Below the pieces are notes generated by a model that saw only the letters and a program-made list of their open reading frames with translations, ran no database searches and was not told the origin of the DNA. The position numbers and the translations under genes were made by a program. A DNA stretch of 64,000 bases from IMG/VR virus record IMGVR_UViG_3300032246_001180, positions 1 through 64,000 of that record; one strand, given 5' to 3'. The DNA is from a virus. Positions 1 through 9,564 of this stretch are shown here, piece by piece; position 1 is the stretch's first letter; every line of letters begins with the position of its first letter.

Positions 1-1
1 T

Positions 2-859
2 ATGGCCACACAAGTACAATTTAGAAGAGGTAATACTGCACAGACAGCCGCATTTACAGGGGTCGCTGGTGAAATTACCGTCAACACCACAAAGAATGTG
101 GTTGTAGTCCATGATGGAGTAACGGTTTCAGGCACGCCTATGATTAGTGGTCGTGGCGACACCATGACGGGTGTTTTAAATGTGGCAAACAACCTTATTG
201 TAACTGGTACTTTTGACGTAACAGGAACATCTAATGTAACAACTATTCAAAGTTCTGGTCGTGCAACATTAACCAACTTAACTGTAACATACGATGCCAA
301 CGTTGGTCAAAATCTTGTTGTAACTGGCGACTGTGCAATTAACGGTGGCGATATTGTTAGTACATCGTCAACATTCAATTTAATTGATGCAAATACGACA
401 ACAATTAATGCATTTGGTGCCGCTACAAATTTAAGATTTGGTGCAACAACGGGCGCCATGACGCTCCGAAATTCAACTATTGTACTTACAAATAACGGTA
501 TTATTGGCAATTTAAACGTCAACACCGTTATAACTTTTGCAAACGTAGCGTCTAGACGGACCTCAATTAATACTTCTACAAGTTCTGCCACAGTTGTTAT
601 TGATACATTTCCAACCACTAGTGTTCGAACTGCAAAGTATTTAATCTCGGTTGATTCTGGAACTAATTATCATGCCACAGAATTAATTGTATTGCATGAC
701 GGAACAACCGCATACATCACACAATTTGGTGATGTATGGACTAACAGCGCATTAGGATATTACGATGCAAGTATTGCTGGGGGAATTTGTAGTGTAACTT
801 TCGCTCCTGTAAACGCCACCTCAAACGTCAAAGTGCTAAGAGATGTGGTGTTTGTCTAA
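2..859 (+). CDS. Tail fibre / virion structural protein with Mtd-like N-terminal domain
   Basis: N-term MATQVQFRRGNT..FTG..GEITVNTTK..VVHDG typical of phage fibre N-domains; Thr/Asn/Val-rich beta repeats; C-term IDTF..VRTAKYLI..HDGTTAY module. Confidence 0.7.
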   Translation: MATQVQFRRGNTAQTAAFTGVAGEITVNTTKNVVVVHDGVTVSGTPMISGRGDTMTGVLNVANNLIVTGTFDVTGTSNVTTIQSSGRATLTNLTVTYDANVGQNLVVTGDCAINGGDIVSTSSTFNLIDANTTTINAFGAATNLRFGATTGAMTLRNSTIVLTNNGIIGNLNVNTVITFANVASRRTSINTSTSSATVVIDTFPTTSVRTAKYLISVDSGTNYHATELIVLHDGTTAYITQFGDVWTNSALGYYDASIAGGICSVTFAPVNATSNVKVLRDVVFV

Positions 860-900
860 ATAGAAATAGCAATTAACACAAGGGGAGAGTGAACCTTGCC

Positions 901-1218
901 ATGGCAAATACCAATTTTTTCATAGTAAGAAACGGACTACAAGTAGGTAATACTGCTGTGATGGACTCAAATGGATTTTGGGTCAATCCTAACCGTCTGA
1001 CAATTTCAAATACAAGCGTATCAACTTCGAATGTAACCGGAGCTTTAGTTGTTTCCGGCGGCGTTGGTATTAAAGGTGCTCAATACGTTGACAATATTTA
1101 CCTCTATGGTAGTTTGTATAACGCAGCATCTGGTGTTGCATATCAATTTGGCGGGTCAAGTGATCCTGGCCAAAGTTTATTTTTTGCAAGTTTAGTTTCA
1201 GGCGGAGATTTAATTTAG
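901..1218 (+). CDS. Short tail-fibre-like protein
   Basis: FIVRNGLQVG start and STSNVTGALVVSGGVGI fibre repeat; ATG 901 preferred over GTG 889. Confidence 0.55.
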   Translation: MANTNFFIVRNGLQVGNTAVMDSNGFWVNPNRLTISNTSVSTSNVTGALVVSGGVGIKGAQYVDNIYLYGSLYNAASGVAYQFGGSSDPGQSLFFASLVSGGDLI

Positions 1219-1231
1219 CTATTCCGTAATG

Positions 1232-1247
1232 TATAAATATATAAATA
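1232..1247 (+). promoter_or_regulatory. Two tandem T4-type late promoters (TATAAATA x2)
   Basis: TATAAATA at 1232-1239 and 1240-1247; gp55 is encoded in the window. Confidence 0.7.
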
Positions 1248-1278
1248 ATCTCAAGACGAGTTCACATAAAGGGCGAAG

Positions 1279-1470
1279 ATGTCTATCAAAATAAAAGGTA
1301 CTGATGTAATTGATGACGATAAAAATATTGTCAACGTAGTCGATATTACAAGTTCCAATCTCATTTCCGCTGTTTCTTATGCCGGCGATGGATCTGCCCT
1401 TACAGGTGTAACCGATTTAGGTAAATCACTATTCATAGCAAATATGATTAGTGGCGGTGATATATCATAA
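1279..1470 (+). CDS. Small fibre-like protein
   Basis: MSIKIKGTDVIDD and SYAGDGSALTGV motifs common in T4-like fibre modules. Confidence 0.55.
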   Translation: MSIKIKGTDVIDDDKNIVNVVDITSSNLISAVSYAGDGSALTGVTDLGKSLFIANMISGGDIS

Positions 1471-1495
1471 ATAATTAATAATAAGGAACACTATC

Positions 1496-1822
1496 ATGGC
1501 ATCAGGTATCTTGGGTCAGGTCAGCATCACTACGACCAACGTTCAGTCGGTCTACGGACCTTCTCCCGCAGGAAAAACAGCAACAGTCAACGTACTAGCT
1601 TGTAATTTGGCAAACACTATGGCCAGAGTGTATATGTCTGTAGCTAATACAACTTACGCCAGCCCTCCAGCAAACTCTTATTTGGAATTTAACACACCGC
1701 TTAATTCGGGTGATGTGTTTGAAAGAGGTGGTGTTGTTTTGGGGCAAGGTAGTTACATATATTTGTGGACTACTACGCCAACTCCAAATATTGCAATTAC
1801 AGTAACAGGATACGAGGTTTAA
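1496..1822 (+). CDS. Small beta-rich virion-associated hypothetical protein
   Basis: AAGGAA SD; late-promoter-like CATAAATA upstream; fibre-cluster context. Confidence 0.55.
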   Translation: MASGILGQVSITTTNVQSVYGPSPAGKTATVNVLACNLANTMARVYMSVANTTYASPPANSYLEFNTPLNSGDVFERGGVVLGQGSYIYLWTTTPTPNIAITVTGYEV

Positions 1823-1823
1823 T

Positions 1824-3080
1824 ATGTCTAGATATCTAAAAGACGTTTCTGCTGTTAAATATAGATTTAAAAAATTCTTTAACCAGCAAGGTTTATATTC
1901 AATTCAAATTCCAAACCCAATCAAAAACGTCAAATCGATTGTTTTTGGTGGCGGCGGATGTTCTTGTACATATAGTATTTGTTCTTGTACACTACCGCAA
2001 ACAGGACAATGTTGTTGTTATTGTTGCATAAGAGGACACTATTCGGGTGCTGGTGGCGGATTTACAGAAAAAGTATGGCCAAACGTTGGTGGTGCTTTTG
2101 CTTGTGTGTGCGTTGCTGGTGCTGAAGGAACATCATTTGTATGTTTTGCTGGTCAAGGTTGTATTATGGCAACAGGTGGTACCAGCGGCGTAACAGGCAG
2201 TTGTAACGCTGGTGGTTATAGAATTCAATGTGGCGGAACAGGTGTTGGTGGAGATATTAACACTTGCGGTTCACCAGGTTATTTCCGTTGTACAGGTTAT
2301 TTCTGTCGTAAAGACGTAATTGGTACTTGTTGTTGTGCCACAAACTGTGCAGGTTTCTGCGCTTCAGCGTGTTCATGTTTCTACTGCGACATTCAAGGTG
2401 TACATTTACCAGGTGGTGCTCCAGGCAATTCAATCTGTAATCAAACTTGTTTTAGCGACACAGGTAGTGCCTATGGTTCAGCTACTGCTTTACGTTGCTG
2501 CTGTTATTGGAATTGCTGGGGTTATAACGTTCCAGGTGCTAACAACGGCGGTGACCAACCTAGTATCTATTACTACCAAGCGTTTGCTGGATACTATTGT
2601 ACGAAGTGTGCTTACACAGGCGACTTAGTTTTATCTTGCACAAACTGTTCTATTCCAGGATTCTGTTGGGGATTCCCAATTTGGTATTGTACAACATCTT
2701 GGGTTGGTTCAAGTGATGGTCAATCAATTAGTGCAACTGATCCATATTACGATTATAGTTGGGACGTTTTCAATACTTGTTGTTGCGCTTGCTGTAGAGC
2801 TGCTTGCGGATCTGGTGTTGGTGCTTACGCTTCTTGTAACGCATCTTCAACCAGTTTTGGTACAGACAGATACTACTGCTGCTATTGGGCGTGTTATTGC
2901 TATGTCCAAAGAAATAATGAAACAGCTACATCAACTGCATTAGGTTCTCCTGGTTATGGATGTACATCACCTGGCCAAGTCGGTGGTGGCGGTGCTGGTA
3001 TGTGGAACGGCGATGAAACAAGGTCTGTATCTTGTTACGATAGAGCCGGTTCTTGCGGACTAGTAGTTTTACATTATTAA
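1824..3080 (+). CDS. Cys/Gly-rich protein, probable tail-fibre tip or receptor-binding protein
   Basis: 52 Cys in 418 aa; GGGG, GAGGGF and C-terminal GLVVLHY frame typical of glycine-rich fibre domains. Confidence 0.55.
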   Translation: MSRYLKDVSAVKYRFKKFFNQQGLYSIQIPNPIKNVKSIVFGGGGCSCTYSICSCTLPQTGQCCCYCCIRGHYSGAGGGFTEKVWPNVGGAFACVCVAGAEGTSFVCFAGQGCIMATGGTSGVTGSCNAGGYRIQCGGTGVGGDINTCGSPGYFRCTGYFCRKDVIGTCCCATNCAGFCASACSCFYCDIQGVHLPGGAPGNSICNQTCFSDTGSAYGSATALRCCCYWNCWGYNVPGANNGGDQPSIYYYQAFAGYYCTKCAYTGDLVLSCTNCSIPGFCWGFPIWYCTTSWVGSSDGQSISATDPYYDYSWDVFNTCCCACCRAACGSGVGAYASCNASSTSFGTDRYYCCYWACYCYVQRNNETATSTALGSPGYGCTSPGQVGGGGAGMWNGDETRSVSCYDRAGSCGLVVLHY

Positions 3081-3104
3081 ACAAAAAGATTAATAGGATT
3101 ACAA

Positions 3105-3695
3105 ATGAAAAAATTTAGAGTTATTCATTTTCACGATGAACCGGATCATTGGCAGATAGTGGAAGAAATTTCCATGGAAGCTGAACCACCAGAGAACTCT
3201 GCGTTTCTGTGGCGTGTATCTGATGTTGAAGGTTTGGAAAAAGGTGATATAATTAATGGTGATGGATCATTGTATAGAAAAAATGAAGTACCAGAAGGAA
3301 CTCCTTTTGGTAAAAAAGATGAATTAATTCAAATCAACATTGACAATTTAAAGATACAACTGACTCATCTATCTGACGATGCTAATACAGCTGAGTTAAT
3401 TACGGCATCTTGCAATACAGCTATCGCTAATCTTTCATCTTGGTTAACTGGTACTGAATGGAAAGATGGAAAAGGTCCAACATTGACGGCTGCTGCAGGT
3501 GGTGATCCTGAACTTGAAGGTAAAACTACTGAAGAAAGAATTGTAGTTTATCAAAATAGATTGGCTCAAGGCCTTGCTACAAAAGCTGAACTTGCTGCTA
3601 GACATACTGCATTGACAACTGAGATACATACTTTAGAACAAGAGTTAGCTGCAATAACACAAGCAAAAGCAGAATGGTTAGCTGCTAATAGTTAA
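3105..3695 (+). CDS. Hypothetical protein with coiled-coil C-terminus (possible fibre chaperone)
   Basis: AAGGA SD; helical C-terminal half; follows the fibre gene. Confidence 0.5.
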   Translation: MKKFRVIHFHDEPDHWQIVEEISMEAEPPENSAFLWRVSDVEGLEKGDIINGDGSLYRKNEVPEGTPFGKKDELIQINIDNLKIQLTHLSDDANTAELITASCNTAIANLSSWLTGTEWKDGKGPTLTAAAGGDPELEGKTTEERIVVYQNRLAQGLATKAELAARHTALTTEIHTLEQELAAITQAKAEWLAANS

Positions 3696-3719
3696 AATTT
3701 AATTGATTGAGGAGATATT

Positions 3720-4469
3720 ATGGAACATATTGAATTAGATATGAATGAAAAACACCATATGTTTGTATTATCTACGGACCTATTAGGTACAAAGTTAATA
3801 CATAAAGCTTTTGGTGATTGTGAAGATGTTGTATCATTACCTAGTGATTTGGAATTAATGCTTGATACGCAAACATTTCCACCTCCAATCTTCGATGATC
3901 CTAATTTTTTTATAAAAGAAAGAGAATTGTTGGAGAGTGGGAATGATGCCGCTTGGAATCATAATGCTTTAAATATGCAGTATACTTGGGATACACTCAA
4001 GCCTAATGCAAAGTATAGACTTGGAAAATCTTTATATGATTTTTTAAGACCACATATCTTAATGGATTATTTTCCGTTGATATGTTTTTTAATCATGGTA
4101 AAAAATCCATACGCTTGCGTAGCAGAGATTTTAGAAATAGACCCATCGTTGGAATCTGAAATAGAAAATATTGCTGAACAAGTAATGCATACTCTAATCA
4201 TTCAACGAAAAAACAACTACTTACTTGGTAATAATTTCGCATTTACTTACGAAGATATGTGTACCAAAACAGAATGGGTTGAAGAAAAAATTAAAGAACA
4301 GTACGGCATTGATGATTTTAAATTAGATGTTACAGATATTCCTTCATCCGAAGAACTAATAAATAAACTTACAGACTTTCAAATTGAAGTTATCAATGAA
4401 TCATTTAAGAAAGCTCATGATACCTTGCGGTATTGGGGTTATGAGTTGGTAACAAGAGATGAAGAATAG
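3720..4469 (+). CDS. Sulfotransferase-fold protein with degenerate PAPS-binding loop
   Basis: FVLSTDLLGTKLIHKAF where a ..RSGT.. loop is expected; YFP..FLIMVKNPYA and FTYEDMC match sulfotransferase layout. Confidence 0.5.
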   Translation: MEHIELDMNEKHHMFVLSTDLLGTKLIHKAFGDCEDVVSLPSDLELMLDTQTFPPPIFDDPNFFIKERELLESGNDAAWNHNALNMQYTWDTLKPNAKYRLGKSLYDFLRPHILMDYFPLICFLIMVKNPYACVAEILEIDPSLESEIENIAEQVMHTLIIQRKNNYLLGNNFAFTYEDMCTKTEWVEEKIKEQYGIDDFKLDVTDIPSSEELINKLTDFQIEVINESFKKAHDTLRYWGYELVTRDEE

Positions 4470-4498
4470 GCAAACTTAACACTTTTGTCATAGAGTGG

Positions 4499-4527
4499 TT
4501 GACAAATTGGTGATGTTGGTATACAAT
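4499..4527 (+). promoter_or_regulatory. Sigma70-type promoter
   Basis: TTGACA-17-TACAAT upstream of the GT9/carbamoyltransferase pair. Confidence 0.7.
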
Positions 4528-4554
4528 TGAATTTTTAATGATAAGGAAAATATT

Positions 4555-5490
4555 ATGTCTTTTACTGTTTTTATGATTGATGGTGGTGCGGGTAGGGCAA
4601 TCGCTGCTATTCCGGCATTACTAAAATACCATAGATTAAATCCAGATGATGATTTTAAAGTCTTAGTTCACGGTTGGGATACATTGTATTGGGGTATCCA
4701 AGAACTACAAGACCGTACCTTTAATCCCACAAACAAAGGTACATTTGAGAATGTCATATTAGGTTGCAAACGCATCGTTTCGCCAGAACCTTACAGATAT
4801 CCATCATACTTCACACAAAAAAAATCACTTGCAGAAACGTTTGATGAAATCATCAACGAAACAAATGACCATACCGATTTAGATATTCCCACACTTGTCA
4901 CCAGTAAAGGTGAAGAAAAAATGGCTTCTAATATTATCATGGAAGCCAAGAAGAAACAGAAAAAAGAATTTACTATTGTCATTCAACCATATGGTCGTGG
5001 TGCTAGGGTTGATAATGGTCATGTTATGGATGATGGTTCACGTTCTTTTGATCCAGACACATATCTTTTATTGGCCAAAAAATTGGCAACAAAATACAAC
5101 TTGATTTATTTTGGTGAAAAACAATTTGCTATTGACCAAGATACCTACACACACAAAGTAGAATTGGACTTAAGAGGTTGGGCAGCACTCATTCAATCTT
5201 CCGATTATTTTATTGGTTGTGATTCAGTTGGTCAATATATGGCTAGATGTTTTGATATACCAGGTACTGTGGTTTTTGGTTCAACATACCCAATCAATAC
5301 ATCATTCCCAAATCATTTTCAAATCATTCAAAAAGAAGGCGCAAAAAAGTATGCACCAATTCGTTTGGTTGATTTAGATTGCCACCTTGCAGATAGATAT
5401 AATGATAAACTTATGGACTTTGATGAAAGTGAAGTTCAAGAAATATTCCTAAAAATTGTAAAAGATATTGAAACTAAGGTGAAAAAATAA
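4555..5490 (+). CDS. GT9-like (heptosyltransferase-fold) glycosyltransferase
   Basis: IDGGAGRAIAAIPAL N-motif; DLRGWAALIQSSDYFIGCDSVGQYMA..PGTVVFGST C-motif. Confidence 0.7.
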   Translation: MSFTVFMIDGGAGRAIAAIPALLKYHRLNPDDDFKVLVHGWDTLYWGIQELQDRTFNPTNKGTFENVILGCKRIVSPEPYRYPSYFTQKKSLAETFDEIINETNDHTDLDIPTLVTSKGEEKMASNIIMEAKKKQKKEFTIVIQPYGRGARVDNGHVMDDGSRSFDPDTYLLLAKKLATKYNLIYFGEKQFAIDQDTYTHKVELDLRGWAALIQSSDYFIGCDSVGQYMARCFDIPGTVVFGSTYPINTSFPNHFQIIQKEGAKKYAPIRLVDLDCHLADRYNDKLMDFDESEVQEIFLKIVKDIETKVKK

Positions 5491-7202
5491 TGAATGTATT
5501 AGGAATTAATCCAGGACATAATGGTTCTGCAGCACTAGTATCTGATGGTAAGCTCATGTTCTACGTTGAAGAAGAACGATTGAGTCGAATGAAATATGAT
5601 GGCAATCCATTTCTTGGTATACTTCAAATCATGGAAGATTATCCATTAGATATTATTGCTATTGGTGGAACATTTGACAAAGAATCTTTAGGTGTTCTTA
5701 GTTGGACTGGCGGAGACCCGTTTAGTACACTCATTAGAAAAAAACTAAAAGATAACAGTATTAAAATATTTTACTGTGGTACAAACCACCACACTGGCCA
5801 TGCAGCCATGGCATTTTACAATTCAGGATTTGACAAAGCACTATCTATAGTTGTTGATGGTTGCGGATCTTTAACTAACGAAAAAGATACTAGTTTAACA
5901 GGTTTTGAAACTGATACCGTATTTGTATGTGAATATCCAAACACGTTTCAGATAGTAAGTAAGAAACTTTGTTATGGTTCACAACAACCAAATTCATATG
6001 AATATTATAATGGTACTGTGGAATATAGTACAGCAGCACCAACAGTAAAAGCTTATGAAGGTGTTACTGATTATTTGGGATTTGGTTTTATTGAAGCCGG
6101 TAAAACTATGGGTCTAGCACCATATGGCGAACATGATGATAATATTCCAAATATCTATATCAATGGTCGAGGCAATCAGAACCTATTCATTCCTTTGTAT
6201 CCTGCCGGCACCAAAATCAATCAGTTGTTAAACCCATATCTACGACAAGAGTTTGACCCTAAAGAATGGCATAGGGATCCTGAAAAAATTCCACAAGTAG
6301 CAAAAAATCTGGCATATGCAGTTCAAAAAGAATCTCAATCAATTGTTTTAAATTTGATTTTGGATTCTATTGAAAAAACAGGCATTAAAAAAGTTTGTAT
6401 CTCTGGTGGTTATGGATTAAATTGTACTGCAAATTATTTCTACAGAAAGAACCTTCCAGACGATGTTGAACTTTGGTGTGAACCAATTTCACATGACGGC
6501 GGTACTGCCATCGGATTGGCCATGGCAATTTGTAGAGGTGAAACACAGTCTACGGATATTATTCCGTGTACATCAATTTATTTGTCAAAACAATATGACC
6601 CATCTACTTACTTGAATGATGTGGATGATAAAGAATTTGATATCAAAAAAGTTAAACCAAAAGATGTTGCCAAATTAATTTCAGATAGAAATATTGTTGC
6701 TTTGTTTCAAGGTCGTGCAGAGGCAGGTCCTAGAGCTCTAGGTAACAGGTCGATTCTATATGACCCACGGGATCCAGATGGAAAACAATTTGTAAATATT
6801 GTTAAAGGCCGTGAATGGTTTAGACCGTTTGCTGGTAGTATTCTTAAAGAAGATGCCAAAGATTGGTTTGACATGGCAGGTATGGAAGAATCACCTTTTA
6901 TGATGTATGCTATTGATGTACAAGCAGACAAAGGTCATTTAATTCCATCTATTGTTCATGTGGATGATACTTGTAGAATTCAAACTGTATCAGAAGAACA
7001 AAATAAACACTATTACAATCTGATTAATGAATTTAAAAAGATTACTGGTGTACCAATTGTATTCAATACCAGTTTTAATTTGGGTGGAGAACCATTGGTC
7101 GAAACGATTGAAGATGCGTTGCACACCTTAAAAAGTTCTAAAATGAATTACTTGTATTTACCAGAGATTGAAACTCTTTTGATTAAGAAGGTAGAGAAGT
7201 AG
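5490..7202 (+). CDS. Carbamoyltransferase (NodU/CmcH family), full length
   Basis: LGINPGHNGSAAL, EEERLSRMK, HHTGHA, DGCG, GKTMGLAPYG, SGGYGLNC, GPRALGNRS, REWFRPFA, NTSFNLGGEP. Confidence 0.92.
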   Translation: MNVLGINPGHNGSAALVSDGKLMFYVEEERLSRMKYDGNPFLGILQIMEDYPLDIIAIGGTFDKESLGVLSWTGGDPFSTLIRKKLKDNSIKIFYCGTNHHTGHAAMAFYNSGFDKALSIVVDGCGSLTNEKDTSLTGFETDTVFVCEYPNTFQIVSKKLCYGSQQPNSYEYYNGTVEYSTAAPTVKAYEGVTDYLGFGFIEAGKTMGLAPYGEHDDNIPNIYINGRGNQNLFIPLYPAGTKINQLLNPYLRQEFDPKEWHRDPEKIPQVAKNLAYAVQKESQSIVLNLILDSIEKTGIKKVCISGGYGLNCTANYFYRKNLPDDVELWCEPISHDGGTAIGLAMAICRGETQSTDIIPCTSIYLSKQYDPSTYLNDVDDKEFDIKKVKPKDVAKLISDRNIVALFQGRAEAGPRALGNRSILYDPRDPDGKQFVNIVKGREWFRPFAGSILKEDAKDWFDMAGMEESPFMMYAIDVQADKGHLIPSIVHVDDTCRIQTVSEEQNKHYYNLINEFKKITGVPIVFNTSFNLGGEPLVETIEDALHTLKSSKMNYLYLPEIETLLIKKVEK

Positions 7203-7803
7203 CAAAATCAAGTAGGCTGTAGGCAGTTTTAGTTTTGCTTAATAGTTCTCGATTTGCAAACGTATTTAATTTTTCTTCAGTTTCTTGGTAATTACCAGTT
7301 TTAACAAACACAGGTATGCAACCTACAGAGTGTCCGGCTTTTAAGTTGCGTATTTTATTTCCTATAAAGTAACCACCTTTAAGTTTAACTCTAAAGTCTT
7401 TTTCGGCTTTCTTCATCATGCCTGTATTTGGCATAGAATAAATGTCTTGTTTCATATTGGTTGTGGCATATAGAACTCCATCAATATTTTGAATTCCATA
7501 TTCACCAAATAGTTGCATCATTTGGTTAATTGTAATGTCCACTTGGTCTGTAGTCATAACTCCTTGACTAATAAGTGGTTCGTTGAAAAAAATACACACT
7601 CTATAACCTTTTAGTCGCATCATTTTGATAGCGGCTAAAGCACCAGGAAGAGGCACAACATCTTCTGGTGTAATGATATCTCGATCCTCCAGTATTACAC
7701 CCGTTCTTTCAATAGACACAACACCTTTGTCAAAGGTGGTTGGCCAAAAATCAGAATTTACGGATCCAGACACCGTTGCAATTTTATTATCAAATCTTCC
7801 CAT
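7183..7803 (-). CDS. GmhB/HisB-like HAD phosphatase homologue with degenerate DxD motif
   Basis: SIERTGVI replaces xDRDGVI; LPGALAAI, MPNTGMM, FIGNKIRNLKAG follow the GmhB layout. Confidence 0.7.
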   Translation of the reverse strand: MGRFDNKIATVSGSVNSDFWPTTFDKGVVSIERTGVILEDRDIITPEDVVPLPGALAAIKMMRLKGYRVCIFFNEPLISQGVMTTDQVDITINQMMQLFGEYGIQNIDGVLYATTNMKQDIYSMPNTGMMKKAEKDFRVKLKGGYFIGNKIRNLKAGHSVGCIPVFVKTGNYQETEEKLNTFANRELLSKTKTAYSLLDFATSLPS

Positions 7804-7838
7804 CGTTTTTCCTTAAACATAAATAGTCTATACACCTC

Positions 7839-7867
7839 ATTATATTATATATTGATGCAAAAGTCAA
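7839..7867 (-). promoter_or_regulatory. Sigma70-type promoter for the minus-strand HAD gene
   Basis: Minus strand TTGACT-17-TATAAT. Confidence 0.65.
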
Positions 7868-7893
7868 ATAAATATTAACAAAATGGAATTCAA

Positions 7894-8667
7894 ATGGCCA
7901 TAATTACCACAAGAAACGATTTCAAAACCTACTGTTTACGCCGATTGGGGTTCCCTGTCATTGATATTAACGTAGATGATGACCAAGTGGAAGACCGAAT
8001 CGATGATGCTTTGCAGTATTGGCAAGACTACCATTTTGACGGTTTACAAAAAATTTATTATGTTAAACCAATTACACAAACGGATGTTAACCAGAGATAT
8101 CTGGACTTAAGCGATGTTAAAGATAGTTCCAACAATGCATTAGAAATTGTTGGTATCTCTCGTATCTTTCCAGTTGTAGATTCTCAGGCAACTGTAAATA
8201 TGTTTGACCTCAGATATCAATTACGTCTAAACGAACTCTACGACTTCACCTCCGCCTCATACGTCAACTATACCTTGACTCAACAGCACTTACGTTCACT
8301 AGAACTCATGTTCACTGGAGAGGTTCCTATTCGTTTCCAAAGACATATGCGTAGGCTATATATAGACTGGGGTTGGGGTGCTTCTGAAGCTCCAGTTGGT
8401 ACTGTGGTAGTTGCCGAAGCTTATGCAAATATTGACCCTACCATTTACACTAGAGTGTGGAATGACCGTTGGTTAAAAGAGTATGCTACCGCTTTAATCA
8501 AAAGAAGTTGGGGCAACAACATCAAAAAATTTAATGGCTTAATGTTACCAGGTGGAGTTACATTAAACGGTGATAAAATTTATGATGAAGCAGTTACAGA
8601 AATTGAAAAACTAGAACAAGAAATGCAAGTAGAATATGGTGCACCACTAGAATGGTTTATGAACTAA
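7894..8667 (+). CDS. gp13: Neck protein gp13
   Basis: YCLRRLGFPVIDINVDDDQVEDRIDDALQY; LPGGVTLNG; T4 synteny. Confidence 0.92.
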   Translation: MAIITTRNDFKTYCLRRLGFPVIDINVDDDQVEDRIDDALQYWQDYHFDGLQKIYYVKPITQTDVNQRYLDLSDVKDSSNNALEIVGISRIFPVVDSQATVNMFDLRYQLRLNELYDFTSASYVNYTLTQQHLRSLELMFTGEVPIRFQRHMRRLYIDWGWGASEAPVGTVVVAEAYANIDPTIYTRVWNDRWLKEYATALIKRSWGNNIKKFNGLMLPGGVTLNGDKIYDEAVTEIEKLEQEMQVEYGAPLEWFMN

Positions 8668-9564
8668 ATGGCAACCTCACCTTATTTTAATAACTATAAC
8701 TCTCAAGCCGAGCAGAGAGTTTACGAAGATATAATTGTTGAATCCATTAAGATAATGGGATTCGATGGTTACTATTTACCAAACAACAATGATGCAGCTC
8801 GTGACCTTTTATATGGTGAAGATCCAGTTAAAAAATTTCAAACAGCATTTCCTATTGAATTTTATTTGTCGAATGTATTGGAATATGGCGGTGAAAAAGA
8901 ATTCTTTTCTAAATTTGGTTTGGAAATTAAAAATGAAGTTTCGGTTATTGTTTCAAAAAGGTCTTTTGCACAAAGAGTTCCAGCTGGTTTAGTAAGACCC
9001 CGTGAGGGCGATTTAATTTATGTTCCATTTTTAAATGGTACAGGAGAACTCTACGAAATTAAATTTGCAGACCAAGACAAAGACTTCCATACATTAGGAA
9101 GAAAAGTGCCATTTTTCTATGAATTAAATTTAGAGAAATTCAAATATGGTCAAGAACTTATCGATACTGGTATTGGAGATATTGACCAAGTTATGACCGA
9201 CAATTCTTATGCTATTGATTTAAAAACAGGTCAAGGCACAGGAACATATCAATTACAAGAGGTTGTTTTTCAAACCACAACAGCAGTTGCAAACATAACT
9301 AGAGCTTATGCAAATGCGACAACAATAGCATCTGTTAAATCTTGGATACCTAGTACAAATACGTTATCTGTGATTGATATTGCTGGCGAATTCGTTAATG
9401 GAACAACGATTATTGGGTACACAAGTAATGCACGGTACACACTATCGACATACGATCCATTAAATATTAATGTTGCTCACGAAACATATGATAACTTATA
9501 CATTAAAAATCAAGCAAACTCTATTATTGATTTTTCAGAAACTAATCCTTTTGGTAGCATATAA
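8668..9564 (+). CDS. gp14: Neck protein gp14
   Basis: SKFGLEIKNE, RPREGDLIYVP, C-terminal DFSETNPFG. Confidence 0.92.
   Translation: MATSPYFNNYNSQAEQRVYEDIIVESIKIMGFDGYYLPNNNDAARDLLYGEDPVKKFQTAFPIEFYLSNVLEYGGEKEFFSKFGLEIKNEVSVIVSKRSFAQRVPAGLVRPREGDLIYVPFLNGTGELYEIKFADQDKDFHTLGRKVPFFYELNLEKFKYGQELIDTGIGDIDQVMTDNSYAIDLKTGQGTGTYQLQEVVFQTTTAVANITRAYANATTIASVKSWIPSTNTLSVIDIAGEFVNGTTIIGYTSNARYTLSTYDPLNINVAHETYDNLYIKNQANSIIDFSETNPFGSI

Noticed and set aside
2-3080. Diversity-generating retroelement acting on the Mtd-like fibre
   Set aside because: No reverse transcriptase and no template/variable repeat pair seen in the window.
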